Positions 10,754 through 23,867 of a DNA stretch of 64,000 bases are shown piece after piece; the first letter of the stretch is position 1, and each line of letters opens with the position of its first letter. The translations under genes were made by a program, and so were the position numbers. Source of the stretch: Callorhinchus milii (lineage: Eukaryota); assembly GCF_018977255.1 (NCBI RefSeq), contig NW_024704743.1, positions 60,204,001-60,268,000 on the forward strand, given 5' to 3'. The notes beneath the pieces were generated by a model. That model saw only the letters and a program-made list of their open reading frames with translations, searched no databases and had not been told where the DNA came from.

Positions 10754-11692
10754 TACAGCAGAACTCCATTATACAGCGCTTCATTATAACACAGGTTCAC
10801 TTATAGCACAGTTAGGGTGTGGACCCTATAATGCATGTGCTGGCACTTCATCAGTGCTTCATGCAACACACAGCAAGTGTCATTATCGATGACCTGGTGA
10901 TACGGAAGTTAATAATTTGGCATCTCCTGTGCTAAAACATAGCCAACTTCCACGTCTTCAGGTAGCCTCCGACATCACTTTGCCTTCATGTGTGCTGGCT
11001 GGTATTTTGTTTGTTTCTGTGTGTACATGTGGAATGTGGAAAAGGTGACTAGCAGTTTAACAGCAACAACTTGCACTTATATAGCACCCTCCACTCAGGG
11101 CAGCGTCTCAGAGCACTTAAATACTTAAATATTTAGATAATCTATAAGATTCTTAAGGGTCTTGACAGGGTAGATGCCGTGAGACTGTTTCCCCTGGTTG
11201 GAGAATCTAAAACTAGGGATCATAGTCTCAAGATTAAGGGTCAGCCTTTTCGAACTGAGTTGAGGAAACATTTCTTCATTCAGAGGGTAGTGAATTTGTG
11301 GAATTCTCTACCCCATAATAATAATAATCCTTGCATTTGATATAGCGCTTTTCACGTCTTCTAGACGTCCCAAAGCGCTTCACAGAATATACTGTAAAAT
11401 GAATTGACTGTATACTTGTGGAAGGCTGTGGATGCTCAGTCCTTGAACATATTCAAGACTGAGGTTAATAGATTTCTAAAGGATAGAGGGATTAAGGGAT
11501 ATAGGGATAGGACGGGTAAATGGAATTAGGGTAGAAGATCAGCCATGATCTGATTAAATGGGGGGGCAGGCTCGAGGGGTCAAATGGCCTACTCCTGCTC
11601 CTACGTCTTATTGTCTTATGGCCTTATGGTTCCAGAGCCATTTGGGATTTTATGAACCCCCAACTACCGTGTTATAATAGGGATTTACTATA
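10754..11692. mobile_element. Degenerate Tc1/mariner-pogo (Tigger-like) non-autonomous element carrying nested insertions
   Basis: TA-CAGCAGAACTCCATTATA at the left and TATAATAGGGATTTACTA-TA at the right form imperfect TIRs with TA flanks. Confidence 0.45.
11137..11628 (+). mobile_element. CR1 LINE 3' end, interrupted by a reverse SINE tail (11316-11420)
   Basis: Closely similar to the 3' end of the CR1 at 29890-30264; ends in a tcttatg-type tail. Confidence 0.9.
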
Positions 11693-13563
11693 TGATTAGA
11701 AATTACCCAAATATCTTGGAGGCAGATCCACTGATACTGAAGTCTGTGAACCTGGTTTGCGCATTCAGCCTGTTGGTTAGCAGGAACCTTGCATTAAGAA
11801 CAGTGTTGAGGCGTGGGATTCCCAGCTCTGGAACATTCAAATTCATCCATAATTACCACCTTACGAATTTCTAAATTTAAACCACATGCTATCCCTCAAT
11901 AATAGTTTGTGAGCCATTTATATTATGTTATGTCTACTTGGTACTTACCCTGTACACATTTGATTTAGGACCTCTACAGCTTGCAGAGAGAAAGAGTGAG
12001 ACATTTTCATCAAATTGTATAAATTTTAATTCGAATAATCTACATCAGTTCCAGAACAAGGCTATCACCCTGGCCTGGGGGTCTATAGTAAACCCCCAAT
12101 AATAGTTTAGCCATGTTCCCATCTATTAATTCTACCCAAAGTGATTCTGTGGCTGCCCTTTACTTTTTTATATTCTCTCTCATTTGTGCCTCAATACTGC
12201 ACTGTATATATAACTCTTCTGAAAGGTGTTAACACTGCAGAAGTGAAAACGTTTTCTCTCCTTGTTTAAAAGTTTCATAAGATCTTGCAAGGAACTGGCA
12301 GCACTAAGTGCATCAAAGATCAACGATTAGCAGTGTTTATGAATGAAACACATAGTTACAGCAAAAAAAATCTGATTTTTCTATAATTTTTCAAATGAGT
12401 TTTGGTGAACAATATAAACAATCCTGGTATTTGATAATTATAATGCTTCAGCAGAAAACATTCAAACTGGGAAAGCAGAAGTGAAATGAAGACATAGAGA
12501 AACTAAATAGGAGCACAGAAAGTTGACAAATGAAGTAGGTGGGGAGGGCAAGAGTGAGATCAAGTCCCAAAGCCGAAACAGATCAGCTTTCAGCCTTATA
12601 ACTGGATTAGCTACTGTGAAACCCCACAGAAACAAACTAAGAATTTCAGAATGTAATCCTCTATTATTTGAGGATCCACAGTTCTCTTGCTGAGTATTAA
12701 GTAGTTTTTAAAGCAAATTCAGATTTAAATTAAATACAGTGATAAATGGAGGACACAAATACAAAATAGGATAAAATTTGTTTGGACACACACACAGCAG
12801 AATGTCTTTTGAAAAAATCTGGATAAAATTTTGTTTAAGATCAGGACTGAAAATTACAACACTGTCAAATTTGCAATTGTCCAATTGCTATGGAAAGCAA
12901 TGCTTCCTCTGTTGCTACAACCATGAACAATATGTGCAGTGTTCTGTAGAATGTGCAGTGTTCTGAGTAGTGTGAGTTATATAGATAATTATTGCAGAGA
13001 TGTGTTCAGTTACCACTGGAGATGAAGAGAAATGTCACAGAGCTTTATATTCTGTGATCTTTACCTACTTATGTTTGTGTACCTACTTTGAGAGGTTAAG
13101 CAGGTTGGATAAAGCTTTAGATAAGGCAAATAGTGCACATTCTGTGAAGGGAATAGGATTGATGGACACAAATATTTTATTTCTCATTCCACACATATGT
13201 AACACTACAGGTAGTTTGCAATAACAAAAAACAATGCTGGTTACAGCACAACAAAATATTTTCATCCCTAAAACAGTTATGTGAGTTTCAATCAATTGAA
13301 TGAAATAATCTACTATTAATCTGCCTTTTGGGAGACTAATTGAACTATTCAATTCTGTAGCATATAACTGCTTGCCACCATCTCAAAATTCCAACCAAAT
13401 GTAAATGCAACTAAACATAGAATATTTTGCTGTCCTTTATAGCCTCTTATATTTCATTGAGATCTTGTTCTACTCATGTCAGGCCTGGGCTAGTAATGCT
13501 TTTATTCAGAATTTTAGGGATATTGAAAAAGTGGACCTTCCAATTCATTGAGTCTGTTTCACT

Positions 13564-13828
13564 ATTCCAGGCAGGGCGAAACCTTGGGCAAGTTTCCTTA
13601 CTCCACATGCCTAATAATAATCCCTCCAAAACAAAAAACAATAATAAATTGGTCATTTTCATCCACGACTGTTTGTGGGACACTGCTGTGCGCAATTGGC
13701 TGCCGCGTTTTGCCCACAAATATACAGTCAATTCACTTTACAGCATATTCTGTGAAGCGCTTTCAAATATCTAGAAGATGTGAAAAGCGCTATATCAAAT
13801 GCAAGGATTATTATTTATTATTATTATT
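13564..13828 (+). mobile_element. CORE-type SINE, short (CORE-deleted) subfamily, 5'-truncated
   Basis: Nearly identical to the reverse copy at 25300-25616; (TTA)n tail. Confidence 0.85.
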
Positions 13829-14239
13829 AAATATTTAATTAATTTAATTAATTTTCCCACTTTTTTTCCTTACTTTATTTTCCACATCTCTTACTTACCG
13901 AGTGTCTGTCTCTCATATATCTGCATATTGGCTTACATAACATACATTATTATTACTATTATCAGAAGCTATATGGCAGATATATATTGCTTCTGATGTG
14001 TTCCTTAACCTGTTTTCTTGTTAAAGCTTGAAATAATTAATTAATTATAAATAATTATTTTCTAATTTGATATACTAGCACATTTTACATCAGGGGGATG
14101 TTTCAAAGTACTTCACAGGATACACTGCAAAGTGCAATGATAGCATTTTGTAGGTGAAAATGGCAGCCAATTTGAATATATCAATGTCCCACAAACAGCC
14201 ATGGCGTGAATGACCATTTTTTAGATAAATGCCAAACAA

Positions 14240-14930
14240 TGTTTTTTTTTGGTCAGCCGGGCGTCTACCACACAGAAACCCATCACCATTCTAAACAGTA
14301 TCCAAACCAAACTGAGAATTCCATGCATCCCACTCACACATGGAAATTCCAGGGATATTTTTTTGGAATGGAATGTGCACTCTCTCCCTGGAAATATGCT
14401 TCCTGCTTACCTAATTCTGGAAAATATTAGGCTCAGGTTGGCAAGAGTCAAGGCATGGGGGACCCCACAGGGTGCGTTGGTTGGGATACTGTTGGAGTCT
14501 AACCAGCTAAAACTGCATAGCTTGCCATTGATAACACTGTCAGCAAGCTTTCCCACTGCTTATGCAGCTAGGGCTTAGCGGGCAAGCTAGGGCTTTGGCT
14601 TGCAAGGGTTAACAGGAGCTGAGTGGTACGATTTCCTGGCCCCAGTGACTGGTCTGCCCTTCCAAGTCCTGATGATGATCCAAGCTGGCTGTGCTTTCAT
14701 CAGCAGTGCCCTGGAATACGGCGGACCCGCCTGGCCTCAGGAACCAAATAACCGAGACCCCCACAGAGACTTGGCTCAATTCCGACATTCTGTTGTTGCC
14801 AAACATATCACCTTGGAGCCAGTTCAGCTCCAAGGAGACCTTGGTTACCTTCACCACAAGGAGCATAGTCACTAAACAATCTGAACAGTGTAAAGCCACC
14901 TTGACTAGCACCATGAAATAAGACTTTAAT
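14240..14930 (-). mobile_element. Unclassified A-tailed interspersed repeat, copy A
   Basis: Homologous to 21548-21905, 28380-28822 + 30265-30349, 44795-44970, 51155-51268 and 39785-39875; ends ...CCCGGCTGACC(A)n on the minus strand. Confidence 0.75.
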
Positions 14931-15369
14931 TCTATGGGTCACAACTGTCTCAAAGATATCATGATAGTTTATTCCATAATATTTAGGGATTACAAGGAAC
15001 ATTTATGGTGATTACCTTAATTTTCAAAGATGTTTGCCATTGCTTGCTCACCAACTGCTCTAACAGTGAGTGAGCAAGTGAAGGGGTCTGCTGGCAGAAG
15101 ATATGCTTCACTATGCATTATGCTGTCGCTGCTGGCGATAAGCTGATGACAAACTTTGACGGTATCCCATGGTATTTTGTTCAATATTATTAAAGTACAG
15201 CTCCTCACAGTAACTCTTTGTTACATTTATATAGATTTATACTGCAGTGTCAAGTTTATATTTTTGAGCTTTTGCTAATGATTACACCTGTTCTTGTGAG
15301 GAAATCTCTTGGTCTCTTTTCCTTCTACAAAATAGGACTCTAAAAGCAACATGCACTTACATTGCGTAC

Positions 15370-17220
15370 CTGTGGACTAACAATTATCCTGGCACTGGAT
15401 CTCCACACTTGTGTTACACTGCTGCTGGTACACCAGCCAGCTCCGCTCCCTTAAAGCCCAGACGCGTTCCACTGAGCGGACTTGGCTTAAATCAAACCTA
15501 ACTGTCCACCGGAGATTTGGCTAGACCATGTCAAATCCTCCGCCCTCGACTCCGCTAAATCGTTGTTCTATGCCAAAACAATCTTGGAGGCCAAGGACAA
15601 CCCCAGGCTCCTCTCCAAACTCCACCTCCTTGCCCTTCTACTTATTGACATTGTAAACCTCTCCCTGTCCTCTGGTACTGTTCCCACCCCTTTAAAAACC
15701 GCTGTCATCATTCCTATCCTGAAAAAACCCTCCCTGGATCCTTCTCTACTCCCTAACTACCACCCCATCTCCAACCTCCTCTTCCTCTCCAAGGCCCTGG
15801 AATGAGTTGTTGCTTCTCAACTTCGCTCCTTCCTCTTCCGCCACTCCCTTCTCAAACCCCTCCAATCGGGCTTCCTTGCCACCCACAGCACAGAAACCGC
15901 CCTTGTGAAAGTGACAAATGACATTCTGTCCATCTGCGACCAGGGCTCCCTTTGCCTCCTCATCCTCCTTGACCTCTCTGCTGCTTTCAACACGTCGACC
16001 ACTCTATCCTCATCCACCAGCTCTCCTATTATCTCAACCTCCGCATCGCACCTCAACGGCACTGTCCTTGATTGGTTTAGATTGTACTTCTCACTGCCTG
16101 CACTTCACCTCCTCAAAGGGCTTGTTCTCTAGCCCCAGACCATCTCGTGCGGCGATCCTCAGGGCTCTGTCCTTGGTCCCCTCCTCTTCAACATCTATAT
16201 GCTCCCTCTTGGTGACATCATCCGCAGACATGGGGTCAACTTCCACATGTATGCGGATCACACCCAACTCTACCTCTCTGCCTCCATCCTTGACTCCAGG
16301 ATCACTGCTGTCCTGACAGAATGTCTGTCAGACATCAAGTTCTGGATGAGAGCTAACTTTCTTCAGTTGAATATCAACAAGACCGAGGCTCTCCTGATTG
16401 ACTCCCGTCAGCACCTCCTCACCTCAGGCACTGACAGCATCACCATCCATGGTTGCACACTCCACCTTGCTAAGCCAGTCCGGAACCTTGGGGTCTTGTT
16501 TGACCCTCAACTATACTTTTTACCCCACATCTGCACCATGACCTGCTCTGCCTTCCCCCACCTCCGCATTGTCACCCGGCTCCGACACTGCCTCACACCG
16601 CAGGCCACCGAAACCCTCATACACGCCTTCATTACATCAAGGCCCAACTATGCAAATTCACTGCTTGTCGACCTCCACAACTCCTCCCTCCATAGGCTCC
16701 AGATCATCCAGAACTCTTCAGTCAATGTTCTCTCCCGCACCAGGTTCCGTGACCCTATCACCCCCATCCTCGCCCAACTCCACTGGCTTCCCATCATACA
16801 GAGGATACAGTTCAAGATCCTGGTCCTCACCTTCAAAGCCCTCCATGGTCTTGCTCCCCCCTACCTCTCCGACCTCCTAACTCTCACCACCCTGTTCGCT
16901 CCCTCCGCTCAGCGGGCTCCGGCCTGCTTCACGTCCCCCGCCTTGCTCGCTCCACTATCGGCGGGCAGGTATTCCACCATTCTGCACCCACCCTCTGGAA
17001 TTCCATCCCGCAGACCCTCCATCTCACCCCTCCCTTGCCACCTTCAAGACCCACCTCAAGACCCTCCTCTTCAACCATGCTTTCAATCTCCCTGCTTCCC
17101 CCCGCCGCCCTCCCCCACCCTGCCCCTCAGCTCGGGTCCGTAACTCTGTCTGTCCAGCACCTTGGGACGTCCTCACAACGTGAAAGGCGCTATACAAACT
17201 TAATTTTATTGTTGTTGTTC
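15370..17220 (+). mobile_element. L2-clade LINE, 5'-truncated, decayed reverse transcriptase
   Basis: ORF fragments [29 protein letters not shown] and YADHTQLY; (TTG)n tail. Confidence 0.93.
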
Positions 17221-18359
17221 TGAAGAGGCGAATATTACTACAATGTCCAGCAGCCTTTCAGACTAAAAACAGCTACTACCATTTTATTTACAAGAAAATG
17301 AGAAATACAACAATAGGTAAGTTACAACTGCAATGAAAAATACAAGTGCAGCAAATACCACAAACATAATTTTAAGGAGCACAATTCAATATTGGCTTGA
17401 AATACAACAATTCTCTGGGCGCTAATTAATCCTTCTCATTAAAATGTTTGTATGCTCCTAGTACAACTCGAGGAAAACAAATCTATTTTCACAATCTGCT
17501 ACTTCCCTTCAGGTAAGGCTACATGATCTTTCATATTCATAAGTGACTCACGTAACCACTTCAACAAAAAACACTTATGCCAAAACTCTTTCACTGGAAG
17601 AATATTCAGGTTTATGTATCAAAGGAAGTTAGATGTTTCTCTTCAATATCTTTGTGTTTGTACTATAACAAATATAGAGAGCGCCAGCCACACCGAAAGA
17701 AACATTGTTTAAGTCTCATGTAGCCTGAAAATAAATTACATAACAGCTGCAAGAATACAGTATCTATTGTCACCAATTATGGGATTTCCCAAACTTAGTG
17801 AGGTGAATATCTGGCATGTCCAGAAAACCAAACACATCAGTAGTGGTCAATTCCCACTCCCCAAACAGAAATTCTGGTGAACAATATTCCACATCTAACA
17901 GGATATAAGCAACAATAGATACACACCACATATTGATATGTTAAAAGGTTCAGGAGGTCAAATCTCTTCAATTGGCAGCATTTGGCAGCCATGTTACGTC
18001 CACAAAATATACAGTCAATCCACTTTACAGAATATTCTGTGAAGAGCTTTTAGACATCTCGAAGACGTGATAAGATGTTACATAAAATGCAAGATTTATT
18101 ATTATTTGACCCTTACATAATAATTACCTTGATGCAGTAGTTAAAATATTTAAAGAAATCAGACCATCTTTCAAGATCATAAGAGAACTTTATAAGATTA
18201 CTGCCTCCTGGCACATAAATTAAGCAGGTAACACATTCTAAATAAGGAACCGCTTCAATCAAGGAGAGTAACAGAGCATACTTATCCATAATATAATTAT
18301 CTAATACTTGTATTTACTATATTGTTTAAATAATAATATTTGAATTTGATACAGCACAG

Positions 18360-19104
18360 TTCTGTTCGACCCTGAGCTGTCCTTTCTCCCTCATATCCGC
18401 GCCACAACTGGCACCGCCTTCCATCACCTCCGGAATATCGCCAGACTACGGCACTACCACACCCCTCACGCTGCTGAAACACCGGTCCACACCTTTATCA
18501 CCTCAAGGCTGGACTATGGGAACCCTCTCCTCGCCGGCCTTCCCGGCACCTCCCTCCACAAGCTGCAGGTCATTCAGAACTCTGCAGCTCCTGTACTGTC
18601 CCGCACGAGGACCACATCACTCCCACCCTCGCTCCCCTCCACTGGCTCCCCATCCCCCAGAGGATCGAATTCAAGATCCTCATCCTCACCTACAAGGCCA
18701 TCCACGGCCTTGCTCCCTCCTACCTCTCCAACCTACTATCCCCCTACCTACCTGCCCGTACCCTCCGTTCCTCCGGCTCCGGTCTGCTCCACATCCCCCG
18801 CCCCAACCGCCCTATCATCGGTGGCCGGGCCTTCAGCCTCTCAGCCCCGAGGCTCTGGAACTCCATCCCCCAGTGCCTTCGCCACCTCCTCCCTTTCCTC
18901 CTTCAAGGCCGGTCTCAAGACCTTTCTCTTTGACCGTGCCTTCAGCTCCCCTCTCGACTCTCTACCCCCTCCTCGCTCCCTCCCTTCCCTCCCCTCACCC
19001 TGACCATTTCCCCCCTGCTCGGGTCCTGACCCAACTGTACAGCGCCTTGGGACGTCCTCCCGACGTGAAAGGCGCTCAATAAATGGAATCTTGTTGTTGT
19101 TGTT
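18360..19104 (+). mobile_element. L2 LINE 3' fragment (young subfamily)
   Basis: Near-identical to the reverse complement of 26544-27290; (TTG)n tail. Confidence 0.92.
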
Positions 19105-19419
19105 ATCACAGAGAAACCACAGTCTAACAAACCATTTAACCCTCAGCAACAATGTTGCACTCTAAATACTGCACTAAAGGAACGGCCGAGAATGATTATG
19201 AGCTCAAGTATTGATGTGGGCTCAAACTGTCTGATGCACAAGGTCGTTCACCAACTGAGCCAGACTAACCCGAAATGTTTTCTGTGTAAAGTGCCAGGGC
19301 GTCATCATCTGCACTACACAGGCTGCTGCTGTGTCTTTTAAACTTTTTGGCCCTTTGAACTTGTCATGTTGCTTATTGAAAAACATTTGGCACAATCTTT
19401 CTTACTGCCTCAGTGCCAG

Positions 19420-20055
19420 AATGCGCAACATCACACTTTTCATCTCACAGGGTTGTTAGGACATGGAATGTTCGACCTGGAACTGTGTTTGAGACAGAAT
19501 CCATACCAGCTTTTAAAGAGGGAATAAGATAAATGTTTGAAATGGAGAAATATAAAAGGGCATGTGGGAAAAAGCAGGAAAATGCGACAAACTAATTTAC
19601 ATAAGTCGTTATGGCAAAGAAATAGGCATTCATTCCAATCAGTCCCAATTGTTTTTTAATACACCACATGAGACTCCAAGCCAATTCCCCTCTCACATGC
19701 TCCTTTATTTCCTTCTTCCTCATGTATGAATTAAGGCTCCTCTTAAACATGTTGATGTTTTGCTTCAACCAACCATAGCTTCCGCCAGTCAGTTTGCATT
19801 CTCACTATCCTCCAAATCTCCCTTTTATATCTGCTATTGGCCACTGACTATTTTATATTTATGCCCTCTTAATTTGGATTCACCAAGAAATGGAAACAAC
19901 CTATTAACATCCATTTTATCAAAGCTTTTCATAATCTTAAACACTCTAACAGGGTCTCTTCTCAATTGGCTGATCTCCAGAGAAAAAAGCTCTAGCCTAA
20001 CTAATCTTTCTTAGTAGCTGTACCATTCTGGTAAATCTACGCTGTATTCCCCCAA
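19420..20055. mobile_element. Old CR1-like fragments in both orientations
   Basis: acagggttgttaggacatggaatg (plus strand) and ttcataatcttaaacac...agaaaaaagctctagccta (minus strand) resemble CR1 3' ORF2. Confidence 0.5.
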
Positions 20056-20899
20056 TGCTGTGGGATGGTGACGAGAATGGTGCTGCAATTATGTAGGGTT
20101 TTAGAGTAACTGGAATGCCATTAAATTAATAAAACACAGAAGTGCTGCAGAGAAGTTAATAAATAAATGAATACAAATCCCTTTTATAGAAAAATATCAA
20201 GAACTAAGTGGTTATGTGGCAGTGGCCCTGTTCACCAATCTGTGACTGAAACATTGTGTGTCCTGTTTTCTGAGATGAATCTCAAGATAATGTCACTGTA
20301 AACCCAACTAGATAGAATGAAACATTGAGTCAGTATTTCCTGCTTCCCCCTCACTACATCCTGTAGGACTAGTCATGTGTCACAGTGCCTTGAATACTAT
20401 AGTATGTGTTCTGTGAACAAGATATCAGCCAGTTACTAAAAATTGAATTAGTACATAAATCCAATCACATATGATCCAGTTAGAAACCTGACTGCATTAT
20501 TTCCAATTACTTTCAAATGTACTGTATTAAGTGTGCACATTATATTGATACTCAGTTCATTATCAAAAACCTGCCACATGCTTACCTGCTGACGATTCAA
20601 TAATCTTTACACTTGCTATAATCTTTCATCGGGATGATGTCCCAAAGTGCTTCACATGCACATCTGTAAAATGCGTTTACTTGATGTTTTGTGGGCAAAA
20701 TAAGTAATAGACTTATTTTAAAATGTACCTGTTGTGGGATATTTGAGACGAACTTGGAAAGCATCAAAGATAATGCTGATCTAACAAGCGAGCCTGAACT
20801 TTTTAGGAATCAATGCAGAAATGAATTTGAGTATCGGGCCTTAAACGAGCAAGGACAAATTTTGCCAGCCACAATGGAAACAAATGTTGTCTTGAAAAA

Positions 20900-21250
20900 T
20901 GTTTCAACTGGTGGGTGGGCAGGAGGAGGGGTTGTGCTGCATTGTTGTTGGAGATTCTGTCATTTGGGTGAGACATTAAATGATGGGACAGAAACAGATG
21001 GGGTCCCATCTGCCTATTCATGTGGACATTAAAGATCAATATTAGAAAAGATAAGGGAGTAAGTTTTGGTGCCCTGGCCAACAATCTCCCAAATTAAATT
21101 GGTCATTCACTTCACAGATGTTTGTGGGACATTGCAACTGTGCATGTTTGCCTACAAATACATAATCAATGTATTCTGCAATAACATCCTGTGAAGCACT
21201 ATGATATGTTTTGACATGATAAAACACCCATGAAACTCAATGATTATTAT
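20900..21250 (+). mobile_element. Old Deu-domain SINE
   Basis: tgctgcattgtt...ggtgagacattaaa...gtggacattaaagatc...tttgtgggacattgc. Confidence 0.6.
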
Positions 21251-21547
21251 TATCACTATCATCATCATCACTAAATAATGATATTGGAGAATTATATCCG
21301 AGTATGGCCAAGTTGAAAGCTTGCGGCCTCATATTTCTCAAAGTTCAGTGATAATTTACCAGGTAAATAGCTGTGAGCAAGAGGTTTACTTATGATGAGA
21401 GGCTCAGCAAACTCGAGTTATATTCCCTAGAGGTGAAAAGGTAATGGGGTGATGTGATTGAGATATTTAAAACAATGAAATTTGATAAGGGATGGCTTTT
21501 CTCTCATGGAGGAATCTGAAACAAGGGGATATTGTTTTAAAAACAGA

Positions 21548-21905
21548 GCTGTCTGGCAATCTTTCCTGCCTCTTGTCAAGCTAGGACCATCCTACCCATT
21601 AGGGCTTTTGCTTGCAGGGGTTAACGGGAGCTAAGTGGGGGGATTGCCTGGCCCCAGTGACTGGTCTGCTCTTCCAAGTCTTGCCGATGAGTAAGGTTGA
21701 CTGTGCTGTTATCAGCAGCGCCCTGGAGTACTGTGGATCTGTCTGGCTCAGGAACCAGACTACAGAGACCCCCACAGAGGGTTGGCTCGATTTTGACATT
21801 CTGTTGCCAAACATATTGCCTTGGAGCCAGTTCAGGTCCAAGGAGACCCCGTTTATCTTCCTCCTCCAAGGAGGATTGGATTGCCTCAAACACTTCTGGT
21901 CACTA
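21548..21905 (-). mobile_element. Unclassified repeat, copy B (internal part only)
   Basis: Collinear with 14530-14840. Confidence 0.75.
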
Positions 21906-22699
21906 TGATAGAGGTATTGCAGAGGACAGAAGATGATGCTGATCTCTGGTGCAAGAAGGTTAAGAATTAATAAGATGAATTGGGTTGGAAAATTAAATCC
22001 AGGTAAACACTTTTAGATACTCCATTGCATGAAACAAAAGGCTACAGGCTCAGTACTCTGAAGGATGACTTTGGGATAGATATAAGAAGTTATACAGAGT
22101 GTAATATCAGCTGGAATAGAATACCAGAAAGGTAGTTGAGTTCAGAACATTGAACATTCAAGAATATAACATTCAAGTAAAATTCCAGAGCAATTAGAAA
22201 TGTTTTACATGATATCGTACAAATCTAACAAACTGACAAAAGATCTGCAATTATCTGTAAGAACATATATTTTAAAGTTGGACAAATTCTTAGGAAAATA
22301 ATAGATTATATCAAATATAGCAATTGGTTGTGTTTTTTTAAAGAACAGTTTAGCAATTTAAAAAAACAGAAATTTCAGAGTATACATGTAAAAATAGGCT
22401 TTCTCATTTTATATCGTAACATTTTCAGAAAGCTTGGATCTAAGGAATTCAAGTGCAATCCTGAAAAAGAGGTTCAGCTATTTTGAACAAGTAGATGGTC
22501 TCTAAATATACAGAATTTGGAAAATATAATCATTGTGAGCACTTAGGCATGTGTGGGATGGATGGGTCAGTAGCCATGGCAATTGATCAATTCAACTCAA
22601 AATTTTAAGAGGAGCTTTTGACTCACATCCGCTCACATTAATCTCAAAAAGGCAGAATTGTAAATCCAGGAGCCACAATTATCGATAAAGTGAAGAAAG

Positions 22700-23165
22700 A
22701 ATGAACTTGCATTTTTATACGTAAGTGGTTTATCACTTCAGAACATCCAAAGTGCTTTACAGTAATTAGTGTTAAGAGTTGTGAGTGATTTTGTAGGTAA
22801 ATACAGCAGACATTTTTTTCACAGAAATGTCACACAAATCAGCTGTGAAGTGAATGACCAATTAATCTGAAGGAGTGTTTCCCAGAACACCCTGAGAACT
22901 TCAGGTAGCGAAATAATGCTTGAATTTGATATACCATCTTATCAATTTGTCGAGAACTTATGGGATCATTAATATTCACCTGAATAAATAGCAGACAGAA
23001 ACATGGTTTAATAACTCATCTGAAGGACGGCATTTCTAACAACGCAACAATCTGTAGTTCTGCACTGGATTGTCTGCTTAGATTATGAGTATAAATCCCA
23101 ACATGGGACTTGAACCCACAAACTTAGACTCAGAGAATGAATGCTACCAACTAAACCAAGCTAAT
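22700..23165 (-). mobile_element. Old Deu-domain SINE
   Basis: Reverse tail (aacttgcattt), Deu region (ctcatctgaaggacggca) and tRNA head (gggacttgaacccaca...accaact). Confidence 0.7.
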
Positions 23166-23867
23166 ACAGGTCACATATCAGGTCAAAGGTCTGGATCTAT
23201 GGGCAAAAAACAAATTTGACTTTTGCCTTGGCAGCTAAATAAATCAACAAGCTTGATTAGCACCACTGTTCACTTTATTGCATACTACATTTGGTTGTTT
23301 GCTTCAAGCATTGCAATGTTAAACCAACAGGAAGCATCCGCACTGGGTCTGAAGTCACTAATTGTAGATGTTTTCCTTCTACTTCACCCACTGCCACTCA
23401 TGCTCCTTAGTAGTTATGGCTTAATGCCAGCAACATAATGCTTTGATTCAGTTAAGAAATCCAATTGAAGTAGTAACTAATTGGGTTACTGCCTACCTGG
23501 TGGGAGTTACCTCAAAAGATCATTGGCATTCTCAATGGTGACATTAATGAAGCTAAGCCGATGACAAGGAAACTCCTGCTCACGGATCAGAACCTTTGAC
23601 TTCTGGTTAGCAGAATTCTGGCTTTTTGAGCTTTTTGTTTTCTAAAAAGCTTAGTTTCATATGCGCCACCATTGAGAATGACATTGAGTTGGGTGGCTGG
23701 GGGAAGGACGCTATATTAATCTGTCATTAATTTGACCCAGATCATATGAATTTTGATTCCAGCAGTCATTGATAGTCCTGCCAGAATCAAATGTATTCAT
23801 CTTGATGATGACTGAAAAATTGTGGCAAATGTTTTCTTTGGAAGGACAAGGTAAGGTTGTTCCACAG

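Noticed and set aside
16199..17143. Functional reverse transcriptase gene
   Set aside because: 5'-truncated, catalytic YADD mutated to YADH and frameshifted; all LINE copies in the window are defective.
21612..21908. Ingi/Vingi-like RT words (LTGAKWG, SALEYCGSVW, TPT..WL) in the unclassified repeat
   Set aside because: Motif spacing fits poorly and they are antisense to the A-tail polarity; unproven without a profile search.
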